From Dehalococcoidia bacterium (GTDB taxonomy: Bacteria > Chloroflexota > Dehalococcoidia > UBA2979), in NCBI GenBank assembly GCA_965262725.1, contig OZ253555.1, positions 608,001-672,000 of the forward strand: a stretch of DNA of 64,000 nt, written 5' to 3'. The translations under genes and the position numbers were made by a program. The notes under the pieces were generated by a model that saw only the letters and a program-made list of their open reading frames with translations, was not told the origin of the DNA and did no database searches. Position 1 is the stretch's first letter. Every line of letters starts with the position of its first letter. Positions 43,040 to 52,850 of this stretch are shown here, one piece after another.

Positions 43040-43577
43040 GCTCGAGCTGACGGGGCGTTCTCGGAGACGTGGGGATGGCTCCGAGCCACCCGATCCGCAA
43101 CACTCGTTAACGGTGGCTTACACCGCGTCCGTATCGCAATGAAATCGAAAGGCTCCCGCGGTGCCACGTGGCTTCGATAGCGTGGTTCTCGTCCTGCTGG
43201 ACGAGCGCTACGAGACCGTGGAGATTCTTGAGGCATCGCGCGGCGCGGTCGAGGAACATCTGAAGCGCCCAAGTTCAGGGGCACGCAACGGACGAGGCCA
43301 GATGGCGGTCACGGCGTTCCGCACTTTCGCACAGAAGTGCTGGCCAACGTAGCCGATCCGTCACCTGCGTCCGCGAACCGGTGGGGACCGGGCGGCAGAT
43401 GCCCCACGGGACGGTGTGAGCCGCGCCGGACATCGACCTAGCGGCCCGGCGGCGCCCCGAACTTCGCCTGAACTGCCACGCGGTCCCTGCGGTGATACCT
43501 TCCCACCCCCGTACGATCTCGTTCGACACCCACCCGGTGGCCGCAGTGGCCGAATGCCGTTCTGATCGGAGCCGCAG

Positions 43578-44438
43578 GTGAAGCGTGATGCCTACCTGGC
43601 CGAGCCGGAAGTGCGCTCCTTCCTGAAGTGGGCTCGCCCGTTCGTGACCGGGGACCGTGAGCTCATCCACGGGTGGAGCGGCAAGCGGGGCGCGTTTGGC
43701 TGCCGGTCCCTGTTCGAGGCATACCGCCAGTTCGAGTGGGCGTTCAGAGTGCAGCTTCCCGGCGAGTCGAACACGTCCTGCGGGCGATCGCTCGACGACA
43801 ATTTCGCCGTGCTCGGTCGCTTGTCCCGCCTGCTACGGGAAGCCCGCGACCAGGGGAACGCGCCGGCGTTCTTGACGGCGGCCATCGCCGTGGTCGAGTG
43901 GGGAGGCGCGGGGGTGCGGCGGAACCGTGCCAGGTTGGAGGAGCGCGGAGCGGATGCGCTCGCGGACATTCGCGCGGACGCCGCTCGACTCGACCCGGCG
44001 CGCGCGGACCTCAGCCGACTGGACAAGGTCGGCTATCTGAACTCTGGATTCAGTAAGATCCACGCGCTTCTCATCGACGATTTCCCCATATACGACAGCA
44101 GAGTCGCCTGTGCCCTCGCGAGCATGGTGCGGCGCTACTGCGAGGAGAGCGGCCGCGCCGCTGTCCCGTGGCAACTCGCCTTCAGCATTCCGCCGTCCCA
44201 GGGACGGATCGTGCGGGATCCGTCCTGTGGCACCCTGCATTTCCGGAAGATGCGGTGGCGCGATACGAAGCAGTACGCGAGCTCGAACGTGATCGCCGCA
44301 TGGCTACTTGCGGCGCTCGCGGCTCACGGACCGTTTGGTGACCTTCCGCGCGACCAACGCCTGCCCGCCCTCCAGTCCGCCATGTTCATGCTCGGCTACC
44401 GTCCTGTTGTGGGCGGCGCGGGGTTCCCCGTCGACTGA
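43578..44438 (+). CDS. Hypothetical protein, possible OGG/HhH glycosylase-like fold
   Basis: Intact 286 aa; EWGG...N...SGFSKI...FPIYDSRV pattern. Confidence 0.6.
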   Translation: MKRDAYLAEPEVRSFLKWARPFVTGDRELIHGWSGKRGAFGCRSLFEAYRQFEWAFRVQLPGESNTSCGRSLDDNFAVLGRLSRLLREARDQGNAPAFLTAAIAVVEWGGAGVRRNRARLEERGADALADIRADAARLDPARADLSRLDKVGYLNSGFSKIHALLIDDFPIYDSRVACALASMVRRYCEESGRAAVPWQLAFSIPPSQGRIVRDPSCGTLHFRKMRWRDTKQYASSNVIAAWLLAALAAHGPFGDLPRDQRLPALQSAMFMLGYRPVVGGAGFPVD

Positions 44439-44617
44439 GGGGTTCGCCGCCGACACCCGACCCGCGGCACGCGCGGGGCGATACCGCAGCTCGCCTCTGC
44501 GAGGTCTCGGGTCTCAGTCGTCGCTAGTGGTCGCCTCTACGCGAACCGGGGCCGGTCCGCTTCATTCGTCTTCCTCGGGTGGCCTCTTCCGTCTGTCGAA
44601 CCTCCCGGTCCGCCACG

Positions 44618-44842
44618 TCGCTGTCTCGCTGCCTTCCCTGCTGCTCGTGCACCTCCTCTACCGTCGTTCGACCCCGGGTTGTCCTGTCTGCTCGATTCGA
44701 CGCCTGCCGCGGAGAGCGCTGCTCGTTGCCTCGGGTGAGGGTGATCCGTGCCTGCGTCCCGGATGAGCGAGCCGTGCCGGTTTCTCTTCTCCCTGGAGTT
44801 GGTGGTACCGGCAAACGCACTGCTGACGGGGGACAGGCTACG
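44618..44842 (-). repeat. ~225-bp dispersed repeat, copy A
   Basis: Colinear with 59963-60188 at roughly 85% identity by eye. Confidence 0.9.
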
Positions 44843-44850
44843 CAGGAGGG

Positions 44851-45025
44851 GTCCACGGGAAGTCCAGCGCAGGTCCAAAATCGGTCCAAAAGGTCCAGCA
44901 CAGATCCAGAATCGGTCCAAATCCGCGTGCACGGTTCCTGGGCTCGGCCGTATTCCCGGCGATCGGCTCCGTCAGGAAACGGTAGCTTTTCACAGGTTTG
45001 CACGCCGTTTGGACCAAATCTGGAC
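44851..45025. repeat. Phased GTCCA array (att-arm or iteron-like)
   Basis: GTCCA at 44851, 44862, 44873, 44884, 44893, (44904), 44915; inverted TGGAC at 45010 and 45021. Confidence 0.75.
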
Positions 45026-45828
45026 CGAAATTGCCCACGGATCATTGTGATCTGGTTCTTCAACGTGGTTGTTCGTGAACAGGTGAAGCCGGGCTGCCTC
45101 GTCGATTCCCTCGACCCACCAGTCAGGCTCGTCCTTCCGAGGATTCTCTTCACGAGCATGTCGTGGCCAGTCCGCTGTCGATACGAATCTACTGATGCTG
45201 CGATGGCAGTGACGATCGCACGCCAGCGGACATGAGCTGCCGCACCTCGGCGGGGTCGATCGTTTCGGCCCACGCGGATTCGGTGATGAAGACATCGTGG
45301 AACTCGGACCGTTTCACGGCGCCGGTCCATCCCGCCGGCACCAACTAGGCCGTCCCATGCACGATCGGCACCCGCAGGGAGGCCCCGCCCAGGACCGGCA
45401 GGTCGCCCCAGTCGAGGCTGACGGCGGCCTCTGCGGGGACCGCGCCGCCGCAGCCCGTGAAGGCGTGGGTCATCCGCTCCGCGCCGGGGAGCGCGGGACG
45501 GTGCCGGCCGGGTCGGGCTGAACCTCCGTCATTTCGTGGCGCGCGAGGCAGTCGTCGCTCTCACGCCACTCGAAGAGGTCGCCCGCCTCCAGCGAGTCGT
45601 AGTGGGCCGCCCGCGACACGCCGTCGGCGTCGGACGTATGGATGAGGAGCCCCGTGGGGTTCGGAGGTCGCTGGCATCTACGGGCGCTGGCGTCGGCCGT
45701 CGGGACCTCCGGGTTCGGGAAGGCGAAGCGCGACCGACGGCTGCCCCCATACCATGGCGAACGTCGGGTGATCGGCGCGGGCGGGGGCAAACACCGCCGG
45801 TCCCTGCGCGGAAGGCAGGCGGCCAAGC

Positions 45829-46512
45829 ATGGCGGGGACGGACAGCCGGGAACCCTTTCCCGAGCCGACTGCGCGCGACCTCGCGGAGGCGGTGGTTCGT
45901 ACGAGCCTTTCCCTCGTCGCGGTGGTCGGCGGGCCGGCAAACCGGGTTCTCGATCTCGCGATCGTTCCGGCGTACGAGCGGCGGCGGGCGGACTGGTTCC
46001 GTCGGCTAGACGATCGCCTGAAGTGCCTCGAACAGGCGGTGGAGGGACTCACCGTTGAATCGCTGAGAGACGATGATGACTTCATCAGCGCGGTGACCAC
46101 CGCAACCCTGATCGGGCTCCGCACCCACGACGAGGAGAAGCTCGCGGCGCTTCAGAATGCCGTGGTCAACGTGGCGCTGGGCCGCGAATCCGCCCCGAAC
46201 CTGCAGTCCGTGTTTCTCAGCCTCGTGGACTACCTGACCCCGCTGCACATGCGATTGCTGCGCTTCTTCCAGGACCCGCGAGTGTTTGGCGAGACCCCGG
46301 GAAGACTGTCATCCGGGCTCACCACGCGCGACATCGTGCTGGCTGCCTTGCCGGACATACCCCCGACCGCCTACGACCTGCTCTCCGGGGACCTCGAGAG
46401 CCGAGGCCTGATCGCCCGTCCGAAGACTCCCGGGATTGGCCTCACTAGCGAGCAAACGACCGAGCTCGGGGCCAGGTTCCTGCGTTTCATCAGCGAGCAG
46501 CAGCCGGGCTAG
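45829..46512 (+). CDS. Hypothetical protein, DUF4393/Abi-alpha-like
   Basis: EEKL..L.N....., F...V..LTP....L and C-terminal TELG.RF winged-helix pattern. Confidence 0.55.
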   Translation: MAGTDSREPFPEPTARDLAEAVVRTSLSLVAVVGGPANRVLDLAIVPAYERRRADWFRRLDDRLKCLEQAVEGLTVESLRDDDDFISAVTTATLIGLRTHDEEKLAALQNAVVNVALGRESAPNLQSVFLSLVDYLTPLHMRLLRFFQDPRVFGETPGRLSSGLTTRDIVLAALPDIPPTAYDLLSGDLESRGLIARPKTPGIGLTSEQTTELGARFLRFISEQQPG

Positions 46513-46759
46513 GCACATCGCGGGTTGCGGTGCCCGGAGCGACGTCGCTGGCGAGCGGCCCACGCGAGAGCAGATCGAGATCCCGGACGCGACGCCCGCG
46601 ATCGTGGGTACCGCTCTCTGAGAGCGGGTTCAGGAGATCCTGGATGACCCGGCGCGAGCGGATCGCAGACCCGTCGCGCAGCGGCACTACACGCTGAGCG
46701 GCCGTCCTCGGCGAGGCGGGAGATCCACGCCCGCAGCTCCGCCGTCTCTCGGTCGTCGG

Positions 46760-47269
46760 CGCGTGAGCGGTGAGCGCGGCGCTCTCCCGGCTGCGGGCCA
46801 CGGGGCTGGACGTGGCGGAGGTCGACGGCGCCACGCTGTGGCTCCCCCCCGGGGTGACCGTGGATGCGTGGGAACTGGAGGAGCTGGCTGTCGGCGTCGC
46901 CGCGCATTCGGTGTCCCCCGCGAGCATTTCGAGCGCCTTGCACGCGCGTTCCTGCCCGGCTGGGACGATCCCTGGGTGAGGGTCGAGCGCGAGCGGCTGC
47001 GCGATCTCGCCCTGGAGGCGCTGGAGGCGGACGTGCGTCGGGCGGCGGCGAGCGGCGATAGGGATCGCGCACTGACTGCCGCCTACGCGGCGGTGCGTAT
47101 CGCTCCGCTCCGCGACAGCAGCGTCGGCGTGCTGATCCAGATCCTTCTCTCGCGGGGAAGCCCCGCCGTGGCGCTGCGGACCTACCATGGCTTCTATCGG
47201 CGCCTCAAGGCCATCGGGAGCGCGGCCCTCGGAGGCGACGCGAGCGCTGGTCGCGCCGATGCTGGGTAG
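46760..47269 (+). pseudogene. SARP-family BTAD regulator fragment
   Basis: LPGWDDPWV..ERERLR...PLRDS...G....AL..Y, frameshifted. Confidence 0.7.
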
Positions 47270-47418
47270 CGCCCTCTGGCGGATGATCGAGGGCCGGTCG
47301 CCCTCGCGGTAGCGAGCGGCACCGACGAGGGGCCGAGCACGATCTGGGTCCGCGTGGCGGTGCCGGCAGCGCAGCGGCTCGGGCCAAGTCACGTACTGGA
47401 CGCTTGACGAGTGAGAGC

Positions 47419-47504
47419 CGTGCACCCTGTGCACCCATGCACTAGGGAATACAGGATGTGTACACCACACGTACTCCTAGGGAGCAGGATGCACAGGGTG
47501 CACG
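47419..47504. repeat. 15-bp perfect inverted repeat with extra TGCAC units (origin-like)
   Basis: CGTGCACCCTGTGCA (47419-47433) and TGCACAGGGTGCACG (47490-47504). Confidence 0.75.
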
Positions 47505-47543
47505 AGGGAGACGGGCGGGACGCGAGGAGGAGGGACGGCGAGC

Positions 47544-47810
47544 ATGGAGACAGAGGCCGCGGGACTGGTCACGTTTTCGCTGATGAGCAGGCAGGGCGGC
47601 GATCGGTGGCATTTGATCTGCGCCCGTTGCGGCCGCGGTCGGGTGCGCTCGGCCGTCGAGGTGTCGTGGCGTCGCGTGCGGCTGCTGCCAGCGCTCGGGG
47701 AGGTCTGGCAGGTGGACGGGAGTGATGCCGCGCTAGCGGCCGCCGTCGAGCACGAGCGGGAGCACGCCGCGGAAGGGGGCGCGCCTGATGGAGAAGGAAC
47801 ACGGCCATGA
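47544..47810 (+). CDS. Small hypothetical protein (CxxC)
   Basis: WHLICARC; coupled to the next ORF by ATGA overlap. Confidence 0.45.
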   Translation: METEAAGLVTFSLMSRQGGDRWHLICARCGRGRVRSAVEVSWRRVRLLPALGEVWQVDGSDAALAAAVEHEREHAAEGGAPDGEGTRP

Positions 47811-48223
47811 CCAAGGCGGGGCCGATCGTGGTTCTCAAGGTCGAGATCCACGACTCGACGGGGCGCGAGGCATCGAGGCCGGGCGCGTTCATGGTGCGGC
47901 CTGACGAGGCCGAGAGAGCCGGGCTGGTGGTCGGCGTGACGCCGCATATGCACTTGGTCTTGCGTGGCCGGTCGCCGCTGGCGGTCGCCGTGTTCGAGCC
48001 CGACGCCGCGGAGCGGGCCGCCGCCCTGTCCATCGCCGCCATCCCGGGCGTGTTCGCAGACGGGAGGGTGACATCCGGCGGCCTCCCGCTGGTCGAGGTG
48101 GATGGCACGCGCTGGCACTGTGCCTCGGCTGAGGCGGACGCGGCGCGCGTCGTGCTGAGGCGTGAGCTTGGCCCTCGGTGGCGCTGGCCGTGTGAGATCG
48201 TGAAGGGGCTCGCCGCCGACTGA
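47807..48223 (+). CDS. Hypothetical protein, phage or satellite context
   Basis: 138-aa ORF with AAGGA ribosome-binding site and ordinary composition. Confidence 0.55.
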   Translation: MTKAGPIVVLKVEIHDSTGREASRPGAFMVRPDEAERAGLVVGVTPHMHLVLRGRSPLAVAVFEPDAAERAAALSIAAIPGVFADGRVTSGGLPLVEVDGTRWHCASAEADAARVVLRRELGPRWRWPCEIVKGLAAD

Positions 48224-48332
48224 TAGCGGAGGCGCTCGCGGGGGCGTAAGCCCTATCCCGCGCCTGATGGCACCGCCGGGCGCGCTTGGGGTGCCTAGGG
48301 GCGAAGCGGGGGTCTTCCTGCCACACACAGGA

Positions 48333-48440
48333 CCGATCGCGGCCGAGGTGGCTACCTACCTCGAGGGGCTCACCATCCGGGGCGGCGACCTCGACGGCGA
48401 GCCGTTCCGGGTGCTCCCGTGGGAGCGCCGATTCCTGCGG
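48333..48440 (+). pseudogene. Terminase large subunit N-terminal remnant
   Basis: YLEGLTIRGGDLDGEPFRVLPWERRFLR resembles the G.PF.L.PWQ start of TerL. Confidence 0.55.
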
Positions 48441-50026
48441 GAGGACTCCCGAGCCTCGAACCAGACGAGCACCACGGCGCGAGCACAGGCATCGCCAAGG
48501 CGCTCTGCCTCTCGCGTCGGAAGGAACCTCGACCTGTGGCTGACGAGATTGCGAGTGCCGACGGCTGCCGCCAGCGTATTCGCGACCATTTGGTCGCGGT
48601 CGATGCCGGGTGTAGCGGCATGGACCGCCCTCTCAACGCTTCGCTCGGCTAGGTCTCCGGCCCCATCCCCCGTCTTCAGCGGTTTGAAGTGGGGAAGCCA
48701 CGCAGAGTCTCTCCCCAGGATCTGCACCATCGGCCGCAGCGTCTTGTTGTGAGGGCAATCGTCCTGGTGAGGCGTGTGACTGCACGGCGACTCGACTTCA
48801 AGGAGGGCGCGGAGGAGTTGCTCGACTGCTAGTGCTAGCGGCCTGAGCCTCCGATTGAGGAAGCCGGGGAAGCGGTCACGGCGCTGATCATCGTCGGTGA
48901 ACGACTCGTGCTGGAGGCTGCGCAGGACCTCGAAGAGGTCGTTCTCTTGGCAGAACGCCACGATCTCATCGGGCACGCTGTTGAGAGTGCCCCGACCGGC
49001 GATGCTCGCGAGAGGCTCTGCACCAACCATGAACCTCAGGTTCTCCCGTGCGTCGTCAGCAGCCGCGTCGACCGGATCGAGACGGCGCAAACCCGCGACC
49101 AGCGCCGGTCCGCGATGCCTCTCGGCGGAAGCGAGGAAGCTATCCCAGTCGTGTCCGAACGCATATCCGGCGAGTGCTTGGGCGTCGAGCAGGTATTGCT
49201 CCGCGTCCTCGGCCAGAGCGATGCGCTCGTCGGCACGGTACTCATTGATCAATCCGACAAGTCTTCCGAGGAACTCGAAGAAGGCCGGCTCGGCTACGCC
49301 TGACATCTCGAGGGCCCGCTGCGCCCAATCGGTCAGGACCGTCCGGAGTTGGTCGCGCGCCGGCTTCGAAAGCGATTCTCCTGAGAGCATGCCGTCGAAC
49401 GCTTCGTTAAGAGCAGCTTGGTCCGCGTAGAGAAACCTCTCCAACGCGTCGAAGCCAGCGGCCATCCCTCGGAGTGAACGGATCTCCTCGGTGTTATCGG
49501 GGAGGCGGTACCGACTCTGGAGTTCATGTGCCGGGTCTAGGTGTCGCAAGAATCGTGAGTGGACGTAGTAGTACTTCTGGCGGAGCAGTAGTTCGAGGAC
49601 ATGGACCTGCCAGGGGTGGTAGTACCGCTCGACAGCCGGGTGCCTTCTTACTTTTCGATCCGGCCCGGTGACGGCAACCTTGCCGGCGTCCCACGGCTCG
49701 AAGGTCGCGCAGTCGGGTGTGACGAGGAACGGATTGCGGCCACGCTCAGCGTCGAAGGAGTGGAGGCCGTCCGCATGGCGTAGCTGCAGCCTCCGCAATG
49801 CCTCGGGAGATGTCAGGTCTTCCGGGTTCGTGATGGGCACCCCGGAACCCATCTCGGCCGCCGCGATGACGTAGGCGGTTGGTCGGTGGACCCGGGCAGC
49901 GGGCAAGAGCAGGCAGTGTTGCTCATAGAACTCCAACTCCGAATCACTCGGCCAGCCCACGTTGAGCGAATTGGCATAGGACCTGAAGTTGCGGGCCGTG
50001 ATGAAGCGTTCGCCGTGCCGATTCAT
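48356..50026 (-). CDS. Large hypothetical protein with C-terminal HEPN-like motif
   Basis: About 556 aa; RNLVSH (RxxxxH) in a helical C-terminal region. Confidence 0.6.
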   Translation of the reverse strand: MNRHGERFITARNFRSYANSLNVGWPSDSELEFYEQHCLLLPAARVHRPTAYVIAAAEMGSGVPITNPEDLTSPEALRRLQLRHADGLHSFDAERGRNPFLVTPDCATFEPWDAGKVAVTGPDRKVRRHPAVERYYHPWQVHVLELLLRQKYYYVHSRFLRHLDPAHELQSRYRLPDNTEEIRSLRGMAAGFDALERFLYADQAALNEAFDGMLSGESLSKPARDQLRTVLTDWAQRALEMSGVAEPAFFEFLGRLVGLINEYRADERIALAEDAEQYLLDAQALAGYAFGHDWDSFLASAERHRGPALVAGLRRLDPVDAAADDARENLRFMVGAEPLASIAGRGTLNSVPDEIVAFCQENDLFEVLRSLQHESFTDDDQRRDRFPGFLNRRLRPLALAVEQLLRALLEVESPCSHTPHQDDCPHNKTLRPMVQILGRDSAWLPHFKPLKTGDGAGDLAERSVERAVHAATPGIDRDQMVANTLAAAVGTRNLVSHRSRFLPTREAERLGDACARAVVLVWFEARESSRRNRRSHGSTRNGSPSRSPPRMVSPSR

Positions 50027-50553
50027 GGGTCTCCTGCAGCAGGATGCTGCTTGCGCGCTCGAGGGTAGCAGCGATTGCAGAACGGTCACGTGGAGACCGG
50101 AGTTGTTGCTCGTCGTCGGCTCGGCCGCTGAGTGGCTGTGTGGCTCCACTGTGCCTGAATCGGTCGGCCTAGGCCTCCGTCTAGCCAAACAGCACCGCGG
50201 CGACCTTCTGCCACGGGCCGCGGAGGCTGGACGTTGACTCGTCTTCGACGAGGCCGTCCTCCCCGGCTAGTGTCCTCGATCCCTGAGATTTACGGGGAAG
50301 TTCGCTCCCGAGAGCCCCACCTCACACGGTTCCGCGCGGGCTGCGCAGCAACTGCCCACCACTGGGATATCCCCCGGGCGGCTAGGGCCGACGGCCTTGG
50401 CCGGAGGGCAGCCTCGACCGGAGCATGCGTCGCACCTCCGTGGTGGCTTAGCGCGGTTCGGGATGGGAGACTCACTCCGAAGAGTAGGCTGCCATCACCT
50501 AGATCCGGTGGCAGCGCGGCGTCTCGGGAGACAGGGCGGACCGGTAGCCGTGG

Positions 50554-51102
50554 ATGACTACGGAAGGCATCACGACTTGGGAGAACGCCCGCCGGCGAAG
50601 GTTGCTGAGCGACTTCCGGGACAATGTTGAACGGTACTTCGGTGCAGCCACTGACGAGGACGACGGCGCCGTTCGTCGTGAGCTTAATCGAGCCTTACCC
50701 GAAGTCCGGAGCGTCGTTGCTACCGCGGGGATAGTACCAATGCTCCGCTGGAATCCTCCGAGACTGATGGGCGGTCCCGCGATGGATGTCCACCTCCTCC
50801 GCGATCTGTTCCATCTCAAGCAGTTGTGGATCAGTCACACTCTTGTGTTGGACGAGCTAGACCGCTCTCTGGGCGTCTACGAAGCCGATAGACGTGGAGC
50901 ACTCGCACGGACCTGGAACCCCTTTTGGTGGCTCCAGCGAGGGCTGAGTTGGCTTGGTCGGATTCCCTTCCGCGTACTGCGTGCCGTTGGCATCAACACC
51001 ACTCGCCTTGAAGGCACCGGGGTTGGGTCGGTCATTGGACTCGTCACCGCTTTGGCCGCTCTGGCGGCGGCCCTTCTCACTATCGGTAATGAGATCCGTT
51101 GA
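50554..51102 (+). CDS. Hypothetical protein with C-terminal transmembrane helix
   Basis: 182 aa ending VIGLVTALAALAAALLTIG. Confidence 0.6.
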   Translation: MTTEGITTWENARRRRLLSDFRDNVERYFGAATDEDDGAVRRELNRALPEVRSVVATAGIVPMLRWNPPRLMGGPAMDVHLLRDLFHLKQLWISHTLVLDELDRSLGVYEADRRGALARTWNPFWWLQRGLSWLGRIPFRVLRAVGINTTRLEGTGVGSVIGLVTALAALAAALLTIGNEIR

Positions 51103-51115
51103 GCTCCAAGCCGGC

Positions 51116-51214
51116 CTAGCCAAACAGCACCGCCGCGACCTTCTCGCTCGCTTCGCGCTGCATGTCGGGCAGCACGTGGGAGTAGAGGTCGCTTGTTGTG
51201 CTCATCTGCGTGTG
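51116..51214 (-). pseudogene. Tyrosine integrase C-terminal remnant
   Basis: HTQMSTTSDLYSHVLPDMQREASEKVAAVLFG*; shorter second copy near 50180-50205. Confidence 0.8.
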
Positions 51215-51408
51215 GGGCTCGGGCTACGCGCCACCACCTACGGTTCGGACCGCGCCAGCCCCTTACCCAACCCACCCTCGACAACTCCTTTCCCTCCGCT
51301 GCGGGGAAGTCAGACTCCACCGAGCGTAGGCACTGGGCGGTCGGGGGTGGTGTCCCCATGTTCTTTGTCAAGGGCCAGCGCCACTGATCCGGGATGGCCG
51401 GCGCAGCG

Positions 51409-52626
51409 TCAGGTAGCCACCGACCCGTGACGAGGAGCCTCCTCGGCGCGGTACGGTTCGCGCGAGCGCAGCATGGCCAGGATGACGTCGCAGCGACGAC
51501 GCGCGAGGCAGATGACGGCTGCGGTGTGTTTCTTCCCCTCGGCCCGCTTGCGGTCGTAGAACGCCCGCGAGACGGGGTCGCGCAGCGAGGCGAAGGCGGA
51601 GAGGTACATCGCGTTCTTGAGCCGGTGATTCCCGCGGCGGCTCCGCGTCTGGCCCCGGATGCTGCTGCCGGATTGGCGGGTGACCGGGGCAGGGCCGGCG
51701 TAGCTGGCCAGCCTCGATCCGTTCGCGAAGCGAGAGATGTCACCGATCTCGGCGAGCATCCGCGCCCCCGTCGTCGGCCCGACCCCCGGCAGGGAGCCGA
51801 GGATGAGGCCGAAAGGGTGGGCCTCGAAGAGCTCCCCGATCTCCGCGCCGAGCCGCTCCCGCCGCTGCTGCGTGCGATCCAGCTCGGTCGCGACCTCGGC
51901 GATCACCCGACCCATCGCGACCGAGCCGGGTACGACCACGGTCTGGGCGCCGAGGGCCCCGGTGACGGCCTCGGTGAGCGCCTTCGCGAGGCGCGGCGAG
52001 CGCTTCCGGAGCGTCCGCGCGATGCGGCCGCGACCCGCCGTGGCCAGCGCCTGCGGTGTCGGGTAGCGGGCGAGCAGGTCCCGTGCCCCCGCATTGTGGA
52101 GCCTGGGGCCCAGTACGCGCTCCAGGGCCGGGGAGAGACCGGTGAGGGCGTCGCGGAGCCGGTTCGTGAGCCGCGTGGCATCGGCGGCGAGGTCGATGTC
52201 GTAGCCGTCGAGAACGCGCAGCTGCTCCAGGAGTTCGTCGTTGCCGGCGTCGAGCCAGTGCACCTGGTGGCGCCGGGTGCGGCCGGTGTCGGCCAGCACG
52301 AACGCGTCGCGACGGTCGGTCTTGGACTCACCCGGGTAGAGGTCGGCGGCACGGCGCATGACCAGCCCCGGCACGTACGCCACCGGCACGCCGCGGCGGG
52401 CGGCGACGGCGAGCACGAGCCGGGCCAGCGAGCCGGGCTGGTCGACGACCAGTGCCGCGGAGCCGAAGGACTCCGCGCGAGCGAGGAGCGCCTCGATGTC
52501 GGCCTCGTCGTTCGCGACGGCGACGGCGAACAGCGGCGAGCCTGCCGCGTCCAGCACATCGGCGAAGTGCTCGGTCTTGCCGATGTCGAGGCCGATCCAC
52601 ACGGTGGTTTCGTCGGGCGTACCCAC
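51409..52626 (-). CDS. IS110 recombinase/transposase
   Basis: IGLDIGK, KTDRRDA, SLPGVG, YAG.AP....SG, GNHRLK. Confidence 0.95.
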   Translation of the reverse strand: MGTPDETTVWIGLDIGKTEHFADVLDAAGSPLFAVAVANDEADIEALLARAESFGSAALVVDQPGSLARLVLAVAARRGVPVAYVPGLVMRRAADLYPGESKTDRRDAFVLADTGRTRRHQVHWLDAGNDELLEQLRVLDGYDIDLAADATRLTNRLRDALTGLSPALERVLGPRLHNAGARDLLARYPTPQALATAGRGRIARTLRKRSPRLAKALTEAVTGALGAQTVVVPGSVAMGRVIAEVATELDRTQQRRERLGAEIGELFEAHPFGLILGSLPGVGPTTGARMLAEIGDISRFANGSRLASYAGPAPVTRQSGSSIRGQTRSRRGNHRLKNAMYLSAFASLRDPVSRAFYDRKRAEGKKHTAAVICLARRRCDVILAMLRSREPYRAEEAPRHGSVAT

Positions 52627-52639
52627 TGCAACTCCTTCC

Positions 52640-52850
52640 GGGGTTTCTCCCTCATTCCAGCAGGAAGGCCGCAGGCGCGCTCGCCGTCATCCACCTTACA
52701 AATCAGCGATTGGCTCGCATGTCCCCATCAGAGGTTCATGCGCCGAACAGTGCCGGTGGCAACACCACCTGGGCCGTCCGTTGCGGCAGGGCCACTTGAG
52801 CCATGCCGGCACTGCTGGGCTTCCCGGGCTCAGAGGTTACTGAGCTCGTT
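52640..52850 (-). ncRNA. Predicted IS110 bridge RNA (boundaries approximate)
   Basis: Non-coding left end contains four segments matching the target and donor junctions in bridge-RNA order. Confidence 0.8.

Noticed and set aside
43150-43352. Short ORF resembling the C-terminus of a nuclease-like hypothetical protein
   Set aside because: Fragment too short to assign without a search
44851-45025. CRISPR array
   Set aside because: Units are 5-9 bp with an 11-bp period and no spacers or cas genes; no CRISPR seen anywhere in the window
45480-45640. Minus-strand fragment LEAGDLFEWRESDDC resembling a surface-protein repeat
   Set aside because: No start or context, so a call cannot be supported
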